DNA of 64,000 nucleotides from Eledone cirrhosa (lineage: Eukaryota): positions 23,994,001-24,058,000 of the forward strand of contig OZ024749.1 in assembly GCA_964016885.1 (NCBI GenBank). The letters are read 5' to 3'. The notes under the pieces were generated by a model that saw only the letters and a program-made list of their open reading frames with translations, was not told the origin of the DNA and did not search any database. This document shows positions 60,943 to 64,000 of the stretch, piece after piece; positions within the stretch are counted from its first letter, which is position 1; every line of letters begins with the position of its first letter. The position numbers were made by a program, and so were the translations under genes.

Positions 60943-60960
60943 TATATATTAAAGTATATA
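59494..60960. repeat. (TA)n array punctuated by CAG
   Basis: Repeating tata...tacagtata; source of the spurious 541-aa and 484-aa ORFs. Confidence 0.95.
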
Positions 60961-60989
60961 TTAACGCTATATATTATATATATATATAT

Positions 60990-61307
<318 letters not shown>

Positions 61308-61413
61308 TGTATATATATATACTGTTTATATATATACCGTATATATATACTGTATATATATATATATATATATAATATATAAGAACAAAAGATGGTTAAA
61401 AGAGTTCCATGTA

Positions 61414-61480
61414 TTTTATTATGCGCATTTCAAAAACAAATATCACCATGCAATAATATTTGTGTTTTCATCAGATAAAA
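61414..61480 (-). ncRNA. Type I hammerhead in the PLE 3' terminal repeat
   Basis: Minus strand: ttttat-CTGATGA-aaacacaaatatta...tgatatttgttttt-GAAA-tgcgca-TA-ataaaa. Confidence 0.82.
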
Positions 61481-62161
61481 GAGGAAGACATGATATGAAG
61501 ATTAAAAAACACTTGTGGATAGTTCAGTTTTAAATCAACATATGAGAAGTAGTTTTAGATTGATGTGTGATATTGGGAAAAATATTTTATTTAGAGGGAG
61601 GGGGGGTTGGAAAGGATGAAAAAAGAGGAGGAGATGAGAGTAAAAGGTGGAGAGGGAGGAGTATAATGAGGAAGGATTAGATAGTAGGAGAGATGCGTGA
61701 TAGAGAGAGAGAGATAGCTTTTATAACTGAGAAAGTTATATTGTTTTACATGGAGAGGTTGAAAATCGTTGGAAGATAATGTATAATTTAAAAGAATTTG
61801 AAAATTAACGAAGAGAAAAATAATGTAAAGTTAAGGTTTGTATATTGAGGGGTTTGATAATATGTGCGAAGAAAAAGAAAATGTTAATATGTATTGAGAA
61901 TAATGAATTAGATGAAAGGGAGAAAAGAATAATGAATTGAGGATGAATAATCTAACGTCAAAAAAAGTATATGTTTACGAAGGATTTTTACAAGGTGATA
62001 TAGATTAAGAATGTATTGTATTATGTAATAATTGATTCTATGTTAGGCAAGAGTGAGAAAAGGTACAGATTAGGGGTTAGACATGGGTATATTTTTAAAA
62101 GAAGTGTATATATATATATGTGCCTTTGAGAAAAAGATTCAAATTGATAAAGAATTGAATA

Positions 62162-64000
62162 TTAGCTGTATACTTTGTGAAATGTTTTATGGAATTTATG
62201 CAAGCAGATAGAGAACAAGTCAGTGCGTCTATTTATTATAGAATCTAGATTAGAAATAATGATAACTTTTTCATTTAGACAGAGATTGCAAATTTTGGAT
62301 AGAGAACTGTTCAAGTATGTAGACGCAGAAGAAACCTTCTTCCAAAAGATGCTATATTTCAGATTTTTGTCTTTCAAGGACCATATGAGTTCTGAGAGAG
62401 CCGTGTTGGTTCTTTTAAGTTTATATTTAAAATACGAATGCTGGTTATAAAGAAGAGCTTTAAAAGAGTTGGAAGTGGAGCCAAAATAGGTGAAGGAATT
62501 GGTGTCAGTTATAACTTTACATTCGTAGATTAAGTTTTTATCAAGACAATGGTTGTTGAGAGGACATTTATTTTTAATAGGGCAATTTCAATTGCAATTA
62601 GAGAGATTATTAATGAGTGACCTAGTGTTATCTATAGAAGGAATTGGATTGGAGAAGTTATTTGCGATAGGAATAATAGTTTCTTGATTTAGAATGGGAT
62701 TAAGAACATTTAGCGAAGTTGTGTTTGACGTTGTATTTGGGTTTGTAGAAATTAGCCTAGGGTTTACAATGACGTCGGGAGTACTATTATTATGATATTC
62801 AGTGTTGGAAGGAAGAGATTTAGTATTTAGTATTTTATTGTTGTGATTAGAGATAATGTTGGAAATGTTGGAGGATGTAGAATAGGAAAATTTTATAGTG
62901 TGTTTGTTAAATATTTTACTATAGATATGTGAGGGAGGGAAGCATTTATTTAAGGCACTAAAGAATAATTTAGGAATACTGTTATTAATAGAGATGGAGA
63001 TAGGAGCATTATACCAGATTATGTTTTTGTATCTAGCTCTTTTATTAAAGTTATTGGAATGGTCAAGATTAATTATTCTACTGTAATTTCTTCTAGAATT
63101 TGTTTCTTAACTATATTTGATTTTATCAGGATAGCCAGCTTTAGAAAGCGCGTTATTATAGTAATTGGCGTTAGCATCAGAGATGTTTTTATTAGAAGAT
63201 AGGTTAGATATTCTTTTTCCAATATTACTAACTATAGCATTCTTGATATTAGTAGGATGGTTAGATTTAAAGTTAACATAATTTAGGTTCTCACTGTTTT
63301 TATGGTAAGGGTAATATAGGCCAGTGTCAAGATTAAGAGATACATCCAAGAAATTAGCTAGTTTGATGCTGTTATCAAATTCAATTTTTAGGTTATGTTG
63401 GTTAAAGAGATTACGTATATTGTTCTTAATAATATTAAGGTTAACTATGTTGCAATTTAAGATAGTAAAGAGTCCATCGTCACGATAAATTCCACCGCGA
63501 AGTTGAGGAATTTTCCGACTCAAAGAGTTCAAAATAAAGATACCAATTAAATCAGTCAATTGGGATGAATCGGATGCTCCCATTGTGATGTCGAGGTTGT
63601 TAGAGGTATCGGCTCTGGTCCAATATTCGTTGTTGAACTCTAGGATGGTTTTACGTGCGGTGAGAATGATGTGAAGTTCATTTGTGGTGATGTCAGAATA
63701 TTTAAGTGCGAAAGATAGAGCATTATTGAGAAGTGAAGGCGAAATGGAAGAATAGTAGCTGGCAATATCAAATTGAACAAGTTTTAGTTTGTTTTTATTA
63801 TTCAATTTGTTGAACCAGATAATCACTTCAGAAGTACCAAACCATTAATCTAGGTTCAAAGAAAAGCAATTAGAACGAACCTGTGGGATAATTCTATCCA
63901 AGATGGCTTTACTAACAACCCCCAGATCTGATTTAGAGGGGGCGATTAATCTAACAGGTAGTTCAGTGCGAAAATTGTTTTTGTGATCCTTGAGATTTAT
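62162..64000 (-). pseudogene. PLE reverse transcriptase-endonuclease with premature stops
   Basis: LKDHK, FDIASYYSSI, ITMGA, IYRDDGL, FLDVSL, SNHP, then IIWYNAP, CPLNNHC, LIY...YFGST, CNLCLNEK...CLH; ORFs 63107-63826 and 62162-62377 share a frame, with TAA at 63107-63109 and another stop near 63847. Confidence 0.88.

Larger units (their letters stand above)
61378..64000 (-). mobile_element. Penelope-like retroelement (RT plus C-terminal GIY-YIG); 5' part lies beyond the window
   Basis: Coding region 64000 to 62162, ~780-bp 3' UTR, hammerhead terminus joined to (TA)n. Confidence 0.9.

Overview
This is AT-rich, microsatellite-saturated eukaryotic non-coding DNA, most likely from an octopus or other cephalopod (inferred from the SINE families and the (TA)n/(CA)n/(GA)n load). 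No host protein-coding exon can be supported, and nearly all ORFs in the supplied track are microsatellite artefacts. Real coding sequence comes only from retrotransposons: a near full-length Tx1/L1-group LINE (41117-46938, minus, inside an (AAT)n tract, one in-frame stop in ORF2), three Penelope-like element (PLE) pieces (16270-17520 plus; 38465-39530 minus; 61378-64000 minus) and an RTE-like 3' remnant. About 18 copies of one tRNA-derived SINE, a second CORE-like SINE and a Tc2/pogo-type MITE are also present. The main signal is about 20 type I hammerhead ribozyme motifs, read by eye, from more than ten sequence-unrelated families. Most lie in short PLE terminal fragments embedded in (TA)n, and many are duplicated as local fold-back palindromes of 60 bp to 2.4 kb whose junctions repeatedly fall inside ribozyme stems. 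All structures were paired by hand; nothing was folded or searched computationally.
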